Below, piece by piece: positions 43,386 through 51,537 of a stretch of DNA of 55,764 nucleotides. The notes under the pieces were generated by a model. That model saw only the letters and a program-made list of their open reading frames with translations, did no database searches and was not told the origin of the DNA. A program made the position numbers and the translations under genes. The DNA comes from Patescibacteria group bacterium (GTDB lineage: Bacteria > Patescibacteriota > Patescibacteriia > JAHIZJ01), in the NCBI GenBank assembly GCA_041650335.1, contig JBAZLK010000003.1, positions 1 to 55,764 on the forward strand, given 5' to 3'. Each line of letters starts with the position of its first letter. Within the stretch, counting starts at the first letter, position 1.

Positions 43386-46300
43386 CCAGGTTTATTATTT
43401 TTCCTTTGACGTAGATTATTTTTTTCGGCTGCTGGCCGCTCAGGGATTTCCGAATTTTCTCGCGCGACAATGTCTGTTTGGTAACCTCGTCTTCGGACGC
43501 TTCGGCCGAGACAGTGACCCGGTCGCGCATTTTACCGTTGACCTGAATGATAATTTCAATTTCGGCATCATGTAAGAATCGTTCATCCGTCGTTGGCCAG
43601 CCGGCGACTGCGGCCAGTCCCTTGCCCCCGTGTTGAGCCCACAGTTCCTCGGCGAGATGAGGCGCAAACGGTGACAGAATCCGAAGGAAGGCAGTAAAAT
43701 CAGAGCTGCTAATTTCTCCCGCTTGACCCAGGTGATTGATAAAAATCATCAGCGCGCTGACCGCCGTATTGAACTTGAACGTCTCGAGATCGTGGCTGAC
43801 TTTTTGAAACGTCTGGTGAAGAAGTTTTTCCGTGGCCGCGTCCGTCTGTTTGCCGATTTTCTTTTGACTGTCCCAAACCTTGTCCAGAAAGCGCCGGACG
43901 CCGATCAACCCTTGGGTCGACCAAGGAATCGTGTCCTCGAACGGCCCCATAAACATCTCGTAAATCCGTAGGCTGTCAGCGCCGTATTGTTTCACCAGAT
44001 CATCGGGATTGATAACGTTACCGAAGCTTTTCGACATTTTGCGTCCGTCCTCAGCCAGAACAATGCCGTGCGAATGCCGCCGCCGATACGGTTCGGGATG
44101 AGGCACCAGGCCCTGATCGTATAAAAACTTGTGCCAGAAACGGGAATACAAAAGATGCAGGGTCGTGTGTTCCATGCCGCCGTTATAAATATCAACCGGC
44201 AACCAATGATCGAGCTTTTTCCGATCGGCGAAAACGGTCGGATTGTGCGGGTCGCAAAAACGCAGGTAGTACCACGACGAACCCGCCCAATTCGGCATGG
44301 TGTCGGTTTCGCGCTTCGCCGGCTTCTGGCAAATCGGGCATTTTGTGTTTACCCATTTTTTTATGCCGGCCAGGGGCGACTCGCCTGTATCCGTCGGCTG
44401 GTATTTCTTGACGTACGGCAATTCCACCGGCAACTGGTCCTCCGGCACGGGCACCGGACCGTGTTCGGGACAATGAATAATCGGGATCGGCTCGCCCCAG
44501 TAGTGCTGCCGCGAAAAGACCCAGTCGCGAAGTTTGTATTGGACGGCTGGCGCGCCAAACGCCTTGGCCATTTTTCCGATCGCCTCGTTGGATGACAACC
44601 CGTTATACGGGCCGGAATTGCAGACAACGCCTTCACCGGTGTAACAATTAGAATCCGACACGTAGGCCTCCCAGATGTATTTGAAGGAGGCTAAATTCAA
44701 CCATTCGCCCATTTTTGCTTTTTCTATCCAAACCGCCGTATGATGTTTCGTGTGTTCATCCGAAACTGGCTCCCTCGTTTCATCGACCAGTTCAAAAAGC
44801 ATGCCCTGCCCATACGCATACCGGTTTTCGTCTTTGTGCGTGGTAAAAAAATGGTTGTGCTGCTCGCCGCCAAGATTTTTTACGAACTTCAAATTCAGAT
44901 AACCGGTTTCTTCGCGGATTTCCCGACGGGCCGCTTCTTCATAGCTTTCCCCTTCATCAACGCCGCCGATAATACCGGAACGCCAGTCGTATTTTTCCCA
45001 GTCCAGACATAAAAAGGCGTTTTTCTTCTTGCTATAAACCAGGGCGTAGGCTGTTTTGCGTTTTACTGTTTTCTTGTTCGGTCGGAGCGCATCTTTATCT
45101 TCCGCATTTTTTGTGAAATACGGGGCAACCACCTGACGGATCGGCAAACCATATTTTTTCGCGAATTCATAATCCCGTTCATCGTGAGCGGGCACCGCCA
45201 TGATTGCGCCCGTACCGTAACTCAACAGCACATAGTCGGCCACCCAGATTGGAATTTCTTCATTATTTGCTGGATTAATCGCTTTCACCCCCTTCAACTC
45301 AACGCCGGTCTTTTCCTTTGCCAAATCGGTCCGGTCTAAATCCGACTTCTTCGTCGCTTTCTCGATATATTTTTCAACTTCTCCAAAATTTTGAATTTTA
45401 AATTTTAAATTTTGAATTATCTCATGCTCAGGCGCCACCACAAGGTAGGTGGCTCCGAAAATCGTATCCGGCCGGGTGGTAAAGACTGGTATCGCCGGGC
45501 TGAGCAATTGGCAGAGTGCGTCCGAATACGGCTTCAATTCAATAAATTCTTCGGCCGCGGTTTGATCATACGGGTAGCGTCCGGTCGCTTTTACGCGATA
45601 CAACGACCGGAGCGGGAAATGCCAGTCGATTTTTTCGTGCGGTTTCCTTGTGAGAATAATATCGCGGCGCGACTGACTCTGGGTTTCGCGGCCATCCGGG
45701 GTAATCAACACGAGAGCGTCAATCCAATATCCGGCCACGCCAGCTGGCTGCCTCTCGACGATTGTTTTATAGAAATCTAAGATCGCCTGTCCGATTTCTT
45801 TCGGCGCCAGGTCTTTTTCAGAACGGCCGCGGAGGGCATTTCGCTTCACCTGCGCCGGGTCGATCATTTCGCCGTCGATGAAAAGTCCGGTGTCTGTCCC
45901 GAGAATCGGTAAATCGGTTTTACCGAAATACGCCTTGGCTTTCCGCCGGGCGTTTTCGACGAGATTACTCTCTTCCGTTACATCAACGGTTGGTAATCCA
46001 GCTTCGGCGGGCGTGACAACTGACACCTCCGGCAAATATTTCGCGAGCAGTTTTTTCACCCGTTCAACCTTGCTCGGATTACTCGTGGCCAGCAATACCT
46101 TAATTCTTCCTTTTGAGTTCTGAATTTTGAATTGAATTTCCGCCCCTTCGCTCCGACCGATCCAATTGACTTGCTGGGTTTTTATCTTCTTCAAATAGTC
46201 GACGGTATCCAAATCTTTCAACAACCGATCAGCATAGGCGGTTATTTTCAGCATCCATTGTTTCTGGAGCCGGCGTGTGACCGGTGTCCCGCAGCGTTCG

Positions 46301-46845
46301 CATTTGCCCCCGATTACCTCTTCATTGGCTAAGCCGATCTTATCTTTCGGGCACCAGTTGATCGGGATCGTCGCCTGATAGGCCAAGCCCTTTTTATACA
46401 ACTGGAGAAAAATCCACTGCGTCCATTTGTAATAGTTCGGGTCGGTCGTATCGATTTCGCGCGACCAGTCAAATGAGAGACCGAGCGACTTCATTTGTTT
46501 TCGAAAAGTGGCGATGTTTGTATCGGTCGCCTGGCGGGGATGGACGCCCGTTTTGATGGCATAGTTTTCCGTCGGCAAGCCGAACGCGTCCCAACCAATG
46601 GGATAGAGCACGGCAAAACCTTTCAGGCGACTGTACCGCGCCAGCGCGTCGATGGCGCTATAACTGCGAACGTGACCGACATGAAGTCCGTCGCCCGATG
46701 GGTAAGGAAATTCGACCAAGAGATAGCGTTTTGTTTGCTCGGTATTTTCTGGCGCCTCAAAAACCGCCTGTTCCTGCCAGGTTTTTTGCCACTTCCGCTC
46801 AATTTTTTCCGGTTGATACCGCGTTCGTCGCGAAGACTGAGGCAT
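43369..46845 (-). CDS. leuS: Leucine--tRNA ligase with two extra inserted domains (Ham1/ITPase-like and Nudix)
   Basis: The track ORF starts at 46890. The start more likely is ATG 46845 (MPQSSRRTRYQPEKIERKWQKTWQ, the usual LeuRS N-terminus). HIGH motif is HVGH; KMSKS is present. CP1 editing motifs TTRPDTIFGATY and GTGAIMAVPAHDERDYEFA. Total ~1158 aa versus about 800-870 for typical bacterial LeuRS. Confidence 0.9.
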   Translation of the reverse strand: MPQSSRRTRYQPEKIERKWQKTWQEQAVFEAPENTEQTKRYLLVEFPYPSGDGLHVGHVRSYSAIDALARYSRLKGFAVLYPIGWDAFGLPTENYAIKTGVHPRQATDTNIATFRKQMKSLGLSFDWSREIDTTDPNYYKWTQWIFLQLYKKGLAYQATIPINWCPKDKIGLANEEVIGGKCERCGTPVTRRLQKQWMLKITAYADRLLKDLDTVDYLKKIKTQQVNWIGRSEGAEIQFKIQNSKGRIKVLLATSNPSKVERVKKLLAKYLPEVSVVTPAEAGLPTVDVTEESNLVENARRKAKAYFGKTDLPILGTDTGLFIDGEMIDPAQVKRNALRGRSEKDLAPKEIGQAILDFYKTIVERQPAGVAGYWIDALVLITPDGRETQSQSRRDIILTRKPHEKIDWHFPLRSLYRVKATGRYPYDQTAAEEFIELKPYSDALCQLLSPAIPVFTTRPDTIFGATYLVVAPEHEIIQNLKFKIQNFGEVEKYIEKATKKSDLDRTDLAKEKTGVELKGVKAINPANNEEIPIWVADYVLLSYGTGAIMAVPAHDERDYEFAKKYGLPIRQVVAPYFTKNAEDKDALRPNKKTVKRKTAYALVYSKKKNAFLCLDWEKYDWRSGIIGGVDEGESYEEAARREIREETGYLNLKFVKNLGGEQHNHFFTTHKDENRYAYGQGMLFELVDETREPVSDEHTKHHTAVWIEKAKMGEWLNLASFKYIWEAYVSDSNCYTGEGVVCNSGPYNGLSSNEAIGKMAKAFGAPAVQYKLRDWVFSRQHYWGEPIPIIHCPEHGPVPVPEDQLPVELPYVKKYQPTDTGESPLAGIKKWVNTKCPICQKPAKRETDTMPNWAGSSWYYLRFCDPHNPTVFADRKKLDHWLPVDIYNGGMEHTTLHLLYSRFWHKFLYDQGLVPHPEPYRRRHSHGIVLAEDGRKMSKSFGNVINPDDLVKQYGADSLRIYEMFMGPFEDTIPWSTQGLIGVRRFLDKVWDSQKKIGKQTDAATEKLLHQTFQKVSHDLETFKFNTAVSALMIFINHLGQAGEISSSDFTAFLRILSPFAPHLAEELWAQHGGKGLAAVAGWPTTDERFLHDAEIEIIIQVNGKMRDRVTVSAEASEDEVTKQTLSREKIRKSLSGQQPKKIIYVKGKIINLVVPNV

Positions 46846-47022
46846 GATCACGACACAATTAATTAATCGACGGCTCGTCTTCAAAAGCATATCATTTTTT
46901 TAGGGTTTTGCCACGTGAAAATCCATCATACGACTATACCTTGACAGTACCGGCCTCACATGATAACCTACTAAATATCCAAACGAAGTGATGCGATAAC
47001 GTAGCTAATATTAGCCAATTAA

Positions 47023-48396
47023 TTGGCTATTATTTCACGATTAAGGCCAAAGGCCATTAGCATTTACCTCAAAAAATACAGTCTTACCGCCCTCCGCCAG
47101 ACCATGCGCGGACTTTCTTATTTATTCAAAGGTTTGGCTCGGACGCTCAACCTGGTAATGATCCGGCCGATTCGAGTTATCGGCCGTGCCCTCCTCCGCT
47201 CCGTCCTTCCGCGCGTCTACCTGACTGTTTATTTTCCGATTAAACGGCGACTGATTGAGCGGTTTGCCTTTGCCAAAAGTAAAATTTGGTATCCGTTTGC
47301 ATCAAAGTATATCCTGCATTTTTTTCTTCTCGTCATGGCCGGCGGCGTTTTGGCGCATAGCATAAAAACTCGCGCGGTCTCAGCCGAAGAATTTGGCTCG
47401 GATAGTTTGATCAGCCAGTTTATCGGCTTGGATAATCAGATCATCGAAGAAACCGCCAACGCGACGCCGACCACTTCAATGAGCTACTTGAATCAAAAAG
47501 GGCTGGTCGGCGGCTCGAACCTAGAAGCGCAGGGGTTGGCTTCGGACGAGAGCGAGAACCTTAATCTCTCCCTGGCTCAAGGCGGCAGCTCGATCGTTAA
47601 ACCGAACATACCAACCACGGAAATCACCGACCAGCCGCGCGAGCTCGTGGACTATTATGTCGTTCAGGGCGGCGACACGGTCAGCACAATCGCCGACCAA
47701 TTTAACGTCTCCACAAATACTATTCTCTGGGAAAACCGCCTCGGTGCCAAGGACTATATTAAGCCTGGCGACAAACTGACCATTCTCCCGACCAGCGGCG
47801 TCTCGCATCAGATCAAAAAGGGCGATACGATTGCCAGCATCGCGAAAAAATACGGGGTCGAGACCCAGAAAATAATCGATTATAACCAACTCGCCTCGGC
47901 CGATGCCATCCAAGTCGATCAGATATTGATCGTGCCGGGCGGTATCGCGCCGGAAACCATTGCTCCGGCGGCACCGGCCACCGGCCTGGGTAAATATGTG
48001 AGCGGCGGCACACCTCCGCCACCGGCTCGGGTTCCAGCCTCGCAAAAAATGCTCTGGCCGACCGGCAGCCACCGCATTAATCAGTACTTTGGTTTTCGCC
48101 ATACCGGTCTCGATATTGATGGAAATATTGGTTCGCCCATCTATGCCGCCGAGGGTGGCCGTATTGAGGTTGTCGGCTGGGGAAAAGGATACGGTTTGCA
48201 TGTCATCATTAATCATGGCGGAGGCAAAAAGACGCTCTATGGGCACTTCAGTAAGGCATACGTTAATTCCGGCCAGCAGGTGAACAAAGGCGACTCAATC
48301 GGTCTCATGGGTTGCACCGGCTGGTGCACTGGCCCGCATCTTCACTTTGAGGTCATTATCAATGGGAAAAAGATCAACCCGTTGTCATATCTCTAA
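47023..48396 (+). CDS. M23 family metallopeptidase with two LysM domains
   Basis: 457 aa from TTG 47023 (alternative ATG at 47104). N-terminal TM. LysM YVVQGGDTVSTIADQFNVSTNTILWENRL and HQIKKGDTIASIAKKYGVETQKIIDYNQL. M23 motifs HTGLDIDGNIGSPIYAAEGG and GCTGWCTGPHLHFEV. Confidence 0.85.
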   Translation: MAIISRLRPKAISIYLKKYSLTALRQTMRGLSYLFKGLARTLNLVMIRPIRVIGRALLRSVLPRVYLTVYFPIKRRLIERFAFAKSKIWYPFASKYILHFFLLVMAGGVLAHSIKTRAVSAEEFGSDSLISQFIGLDNQIIEETANATPTTSMSYLNQKGLVGGSNLEAQGLASDESENLNLSLAQGGSSIVKPNIPTTEITDQPRELVDYYVVQGGDTVSTIADQFNVSTNTILWENRLGAKDYIKPGDKLTILPTSGVSHQIKKGDTIASIAKKYGVETQKIIDYNQLASADAIQVDQILIVPGGIAPETIAPAAPATGLGKYVSGGTPPPPARVPASQKMLWPTGSHRINQYFGFRHTGLDIDGNIGSPIYAAEGGRIEVVGWGKGYGLHVIINHGGGKKTLYGHFSKAYVNSGQQVNKGDSIGLMGCTGWCTGPHLHFEVIINGKKINPLSYL

Positions 48397-48422
48397 ATCA
48401 CCATATTTCGTGGTTCTGAAAA

Positions 48423-48450
48423 GTCGGCCAAATGGCCGTCTTTTTTTGTT
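48423..48450 (+). terminator. Rho-independent terminator after the M23 gene
   Basis: GTCGGCC-AAAT-GGCCGTC hairpin followed by TTTTTTT. Confidence 0.55.
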
Positions 48451-48766
48451 GATAACTGCATTGACAGCCTAATAATATGATGAAATAATATACCCGGAAG
48501 GAAGTCCACCTGCTGGGACTTCCGGACAGGGCAACTGACGCCTTCGCATGGACCGACCTCCTCTGGTGTATCCGACTGACCGGCACGGTCGCCTTCCTGA
48601 AAGGAGGAAGCGAATGCACAAAGTCGCTGTACTTTAAGGCCGAAGGCCAAGCCATTGCTCCGTCATGGCTCCGTGGCAATGGTTAAGCCTGCTCGGACCC
48701 GATCGTTCAACCTGAGCCTGGATCGTGTCTCTGTACCACTACCACCCCAACGGGAGGAAAGGTACG

Positions 48767-48937
48767 ATGCCCAAGAACCACAGGTCGGCGCCCGGATGCG
48801 GGCCGCCGACTCACGCCGAGATCGAGATGGGGACCATGACGGGCTTCGCGAAGAAGAAGGCCATGACCAGGGTCGCCAACAACGAGAAGAAGATCGCCGG
48901 CACGATCGCCGCCGAGATGGAGGAGACCGGGAGCTAG
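48767..48937 (+). CDS. Small hypothetical protein (56 aa) in the GC-rich cassette
   Basis: GGGAGGAAAGG ends 5 nt upstream of ATG 48767. MPKNHRSAPGCGPPTHAEIEMGTMTGFAKKKAMTRVANNEKKIAGTIAAEMEETGS. The only frame here with a protein-like composition. No family recognised. Confidence 0.35.
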   Translation: MPKNHRSAPGCGPPTHAEIEMGTMTGFAKKKAMTRVANNEKKIAGTIAAEMEETGS

Positions 48938-49176
48938 CGCATCCTGCGCCGACCCGGTACGTTCGAACGCCTCGCCATGGGCGGGGACCAGGGCGCGTGT
49001 GATCTATCCAGATCCGCCGCCCGTTTTTATTTGGGTTAACGAATATGAATGAACACAATATCCGCTAACAATACGAGCGTTTTTTTCTTTAGCCACACCA
49101 AATAACCCCGTTGAGCCCAATAAAAATATCCCATGTTTAAATTAGTCGGTAAGCGATAATGGGGTCTGGTTTTTTG

Positions 49177-49214
49177 TATAAAAAATCCCCGTGCAGCCAT
49201 ATGGCGACACGAGG
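49177..49214 (-). terminator. Rho-independent terminator of hutU
   Basis: Minus strand: CCTCGTGTCGCCA-TA-TGGCTGCACGGGG hairpin followed by ATTTTTTATA, about 35 nt after the stop at 49248. Confidence 0.6.
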
Positions 49215-49247
49215 AATGCTGTCTAGCAAACGGAACGATGTTGTCGG

Positions 49248-50885
49248 CTACGTCTCGTTGATCATCGGCAGGTCGATGTGATGATCAGCCGCGGCGCGTA
49301 CGGCCTCGTCATAGCCGGCGTCCGCGTGCCGGATAATCCCAGTGGCCGGATCGTTCGTGAAGACCCGCTCGGCCAGTTTCAGACACTCGCCGTCGCCGGT
49401 GATGACGAAGCACTGGCCAGCATGGACAGACTTGCCAATGCCGACGCCACCGCCCTGGTGCACGCTCACCCAGGTCGCGCCCGAGGACGCAGCCACGAGC
49501 GCGTTGAGGATCGGCCAGTCGGCGACCGCGTCTGTGCCATCCTTCATGCCCTCGGTCTCGCGGCTAGGTGAGGCCACCGAGCCGCAGTCGAGATGGTCGC
49601 GGCCGACCCAGATCGGTCCGATCTCGTGCCGATTCACCCGCTTCCAGATCTCATGGACCGCCGCCCAACGCTCGCCCATGCCGAGCCAGCAGACACGCGC
49701 CGGCAGGCCCGGCAGGCGGCTGAAGTCGATGTGCGTCTGCGCCTTCCCGATCCAGTTGCGCAGCATGGCGTTGTCGCCGAAGAGCTCGAGAATGATGCTG
49801 TCGATCACGGCGATGTCACGTGGATTGCCGGTGAGGGATACCACCCGGAACGGACCACGGCCCTGACAGAAGAGCGGCCGGACATATAGGAGCGCGAAGC
49901 CTTGGAACTCGAAAGCGCAGCCCAGACCGTTCTCCTGAGCCCTGAGACGTATACCGTTGCCGTATTCGAACGTCGTCGCGCCCAGCCGCTTCAGCGACAC
50001 CATGAAATGCACATGGTGCGAGATGGTCTCGAGCGCACGCCGCCGGTACTCATCGGGGTTCCCGGCCCGAAGCCGGTTGGCCTCGTCAAATGACAGGCTG
50101 GCCGGGTAGTACCCGACTAACGGATCATGTGCCGAGGTCTGGTCAGTCAGGATGTCGGGTATCTGATTGCGCCTGATCAAGTATTCGAGCAGATCAACGG
50201 CGTTGGCCCGGACCGCGATGGCAACTGCCTCCCGTGCTGCCCGGGCAGCGAACGCCCGATCAACTGCTTGACCAATGTCCGTGAACACCTCGTCGACCCA
50301 GCCCTCGCGCTGACAGCGCTCGATTTTAGCCGGATTGATCTCAGCGATCAGGATCGTCGCCCCGGTCATCTTCCCGGCCGGAGCCTGTGCCCCACCCATG
50401 TTACCGAGGCCGGCCGTGACAATGAGCTTGCCCGGACCGGCACCAGCAGCAGAGAACGTCTCGTATGTCCCCTGCATGATGCCCTGCTGGCCGATGAACG
50501 ACCATGACCCGGCGGTCATCTGGCCGTACATGATCAGACCGGCGCGCTCGAGCAGCCAGAATTCCTCGTCCATGCACCACTGCGGCACCATCAGGGAATT
50601 CGCGAACAGCGCCCGCGGCGAATGCTCGTGCGTCCGCAGCACGCCGGCCGGCTTGCCGCTCTGGACGAGCAGCGTCTCATCCGGCTTCAGTCGGCGGAGC
50701 GTCCGGTCAAAGACCTCGAAGCACTCCCAGTTCCGCGCGGCCTTGCCCCGGCCGCCGTAGATGATCAGTTCTTCAGGCACCGCGCCCTGCACCACGTTGT
50801 TGTACAACATGCGCAGCAGCGCTTCGATCTGCCAGTTCTTGCAGTGCAGTTCACTGCCCGTGATGAGTTTGATCGGCCAACCCAT
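49248..50885 (-). CDS. hutU: Urocanate hydratase
   Basis: Near full-length match by eye to urocanase: GRGKAARNWE, MYGQMTAGSW.FIGQQGIMQGTYETF, TDQTSAHDPL, GRDHLDCGSVASPSRETE, SVHQGGGVGIG. Start moved to ATG 50885 (AGGAGG 7 nt upstream). The track start 50957 lies upstream of the predicted transcription start. Confidence 0.9.
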   Translation of the reverse strand: MGWPIKLITGSELHCKNWQIEALLRMLYNNVVQGAVPEELIIYGGRGKAARNWECFEVFDRTLRRLKPDETLLVQSGKPAGVLRTHEHSPRALFANSLMVPQWCMDEEFWLLERAGLIMYGQMTAGSWSFIGQQGIMQGTYETFSAAGAGPGKLIVTAGLGNMGGAQAPAGKMTGATILIAEINPAKIERCQREGWVDEVFTDIGQAVDRAFAARAAREAVAIAVRANAVDLLEYLIRRNQIPDILTDQTSAHDPLVGYYPASLSFDEANRLRAGNPDEYRRRALETISHHVHFMVSLKRLGATTFEYGNGIRLRAQENGLGCAFEFQGFALLYVRPLFCQGRGPFRVVSLTGNPRDIAVIDSIILELFGDNAMLRNWIGKAQTHIDFSRLPGLPARVCWLGMGERWAAVHEIWKRVNRHEIGPIWVGRDHLDCGSVASPSRETEGMKDGTDAVADWPILNALVAASSGATWVSVHQGGGVGIGKSVHAGQCFVITGDGECLKLAERVFTNDPATGIIRHADAGYDEAVRAAADHHIDLPMINET

Positions 50886-50957
50886 CTGTCTGCCTCCTTT
50901 CCCCAGACCGCCCAACAGCCAGAGTGGAAAAACACCCGGTAGCAACACAATGCTCAT

Positions 50958-50986
50958 ACCTTACGAAACCGGGCGCGATCTGTCAA
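50958..50986 (-). promoter_or_regulatory. Candidate sigma70 promoter of hutU
   Basis: Minus strand: TTGACA (50986..50981), 17 nt, TAAGGT (50963..50958). Confidence 0.4.
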
Positions 50987-51018
50987 ACGGCGCAAATTAC
51001 GGCTTTACCTAGCCCATA

Positions 51019-51047
51019 TTGACAGATATCGGCCGCCATGATAGACT
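51019..51047 (+). promoter_or_regulatory. Candidate sigma70 promoter of the RRM protein gene
   Basis: TTGACA (51019..51024), 17 nt, TGaTAGACT (-10 at 51042..51047). About 90-nt leader. Confidence 0.45.
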
Positions 51048-51142
51048 GACCGCGCTTATCGTTTTGGGACAATCTAATGGTAACATTAGAGGATAAAGGT
51101 CTCCCGAAATTAGAGAGCGCTCTAATTAAGTGAACAGTACAA

Positions 51143-51478
51143 ATGGCAAAAAAACTGTACGTCGGAGGTTTATCCTACGATGTTACCGACGCCCAGCTGA
51201 ACGAGTTCTTCGCTCAAGCCGGGACCGTTGAGTCCGCTTCTGTGATCATCGACCGAATGACCGGCCGCTCGCGCGGTTTCGGCTTCGTCGAGATGGCCTC
51301 GGATGAGGACGCGAAAAAAGCGGTCGAAACCCTGAACGGTCAGGAATTCGCCGGACGGACCATTACCGTCAATGAAGCCCGACCCATGGCTGATCGCCCT
51401 CGCGGCGGTGGCGGTGGCGGCGGTTTCGGTGGCGGACGCGGTGGACGCGGTGGCTTCCAGCAACGACGCGACTACTAA
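51143..51478 (+). CDS. RRM-type RNA-binding protein with Gly-rich tail
   Basis: 111 aa. RNP-2 KLYVGGL, RNP-1 RGFGFVEM, C-terminal GGGGGGFGGGRGGRGG. Confidence 0.85.
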   Translation: MAKKLYVGGLSYDVTDAQLNEFFAQAGTVESASVIIDRMTGRSRGFGFVEMASDEDAKKAVETLNGQEFAGRTITVNEARPMADRPRGGGGGGGFGGGRGGRGGFQQRRDY

Positions 51479-51497
51479 GCTTCGATACGAAGTTTCG

Positions 51498-51530
51498 AAA
51501 AAAAGACCTTCTCTACGGAAGGTCTTTTTG
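51498..51530. terminator. Bidirectional rho-independent terminator between convergent genes
   Basis: AAAAAA-AGACCTTC-TCTACG-GAAGGTCT-TTTT, an 8-bp perfect stem flanked by A-run and T-run. Confidence 0.75.
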
Positions 51531-51537
51531 GTTCACG

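Noticed and set aside
45381-46140. The peptide FKIQN occurs on both sides of the Ham1-like insert in LeuRS (EIQFKIQNSKG and LKFKIQNFGE), suggesting a target-site duplication of an inserted element.
   Set aside because: At nucleotide level the two sites share only a short AT-rich string (AAAATTCA). The second copy lies after the TTRPDT motif, not at the insert boundary. This is too weak to claim.
47521-48246. 241-aa antisense ORF opposite the M23/LysM peptidase gene.
   Set aside because: The plus-strand frame carries unambiguous LysM and M23 motifs. The antisense product has no motifs and a skewed composition.
48494-48526. CCGGAAGGAAG resembles the conserved GGAAGGAAGCAG region of SRP (4.5S) RNA, and GGAAGTCC resembles the RNase P P4 strand GGAAAGTCC.
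   Set aside because: The motif is simply one arm of a local hairpin (GGAAGTCC / GGACTTCC). The rest of the SRP helix 8 or the RNase P conserved regions (for example the ACAGAA.CCGGCTTA-type 3' P4 strand) is absent, and the region is too short for RNase P.
48695-48730. AACCTGAGCCTGGATCG resembles the ACCTGATCTGGATAATGCCAGCG core of TPP riboswitches.
   Set aside because: There is no upstream CTGAGA box or GGGGTGC-type P1/P2 partner, and the similarity is limited to ~10 nt.
48655-49058. Overlapping ORFs 48655..49002 (+) 115 aa and 48663..49058 (-) 131 aa in the GC-rich segment.
   Set aside because: Both are R/D/E/S/P-rich shadow frames. Only the 48767..48937 frame has a strong RBS and a plausible composition, and even that is low confidence.
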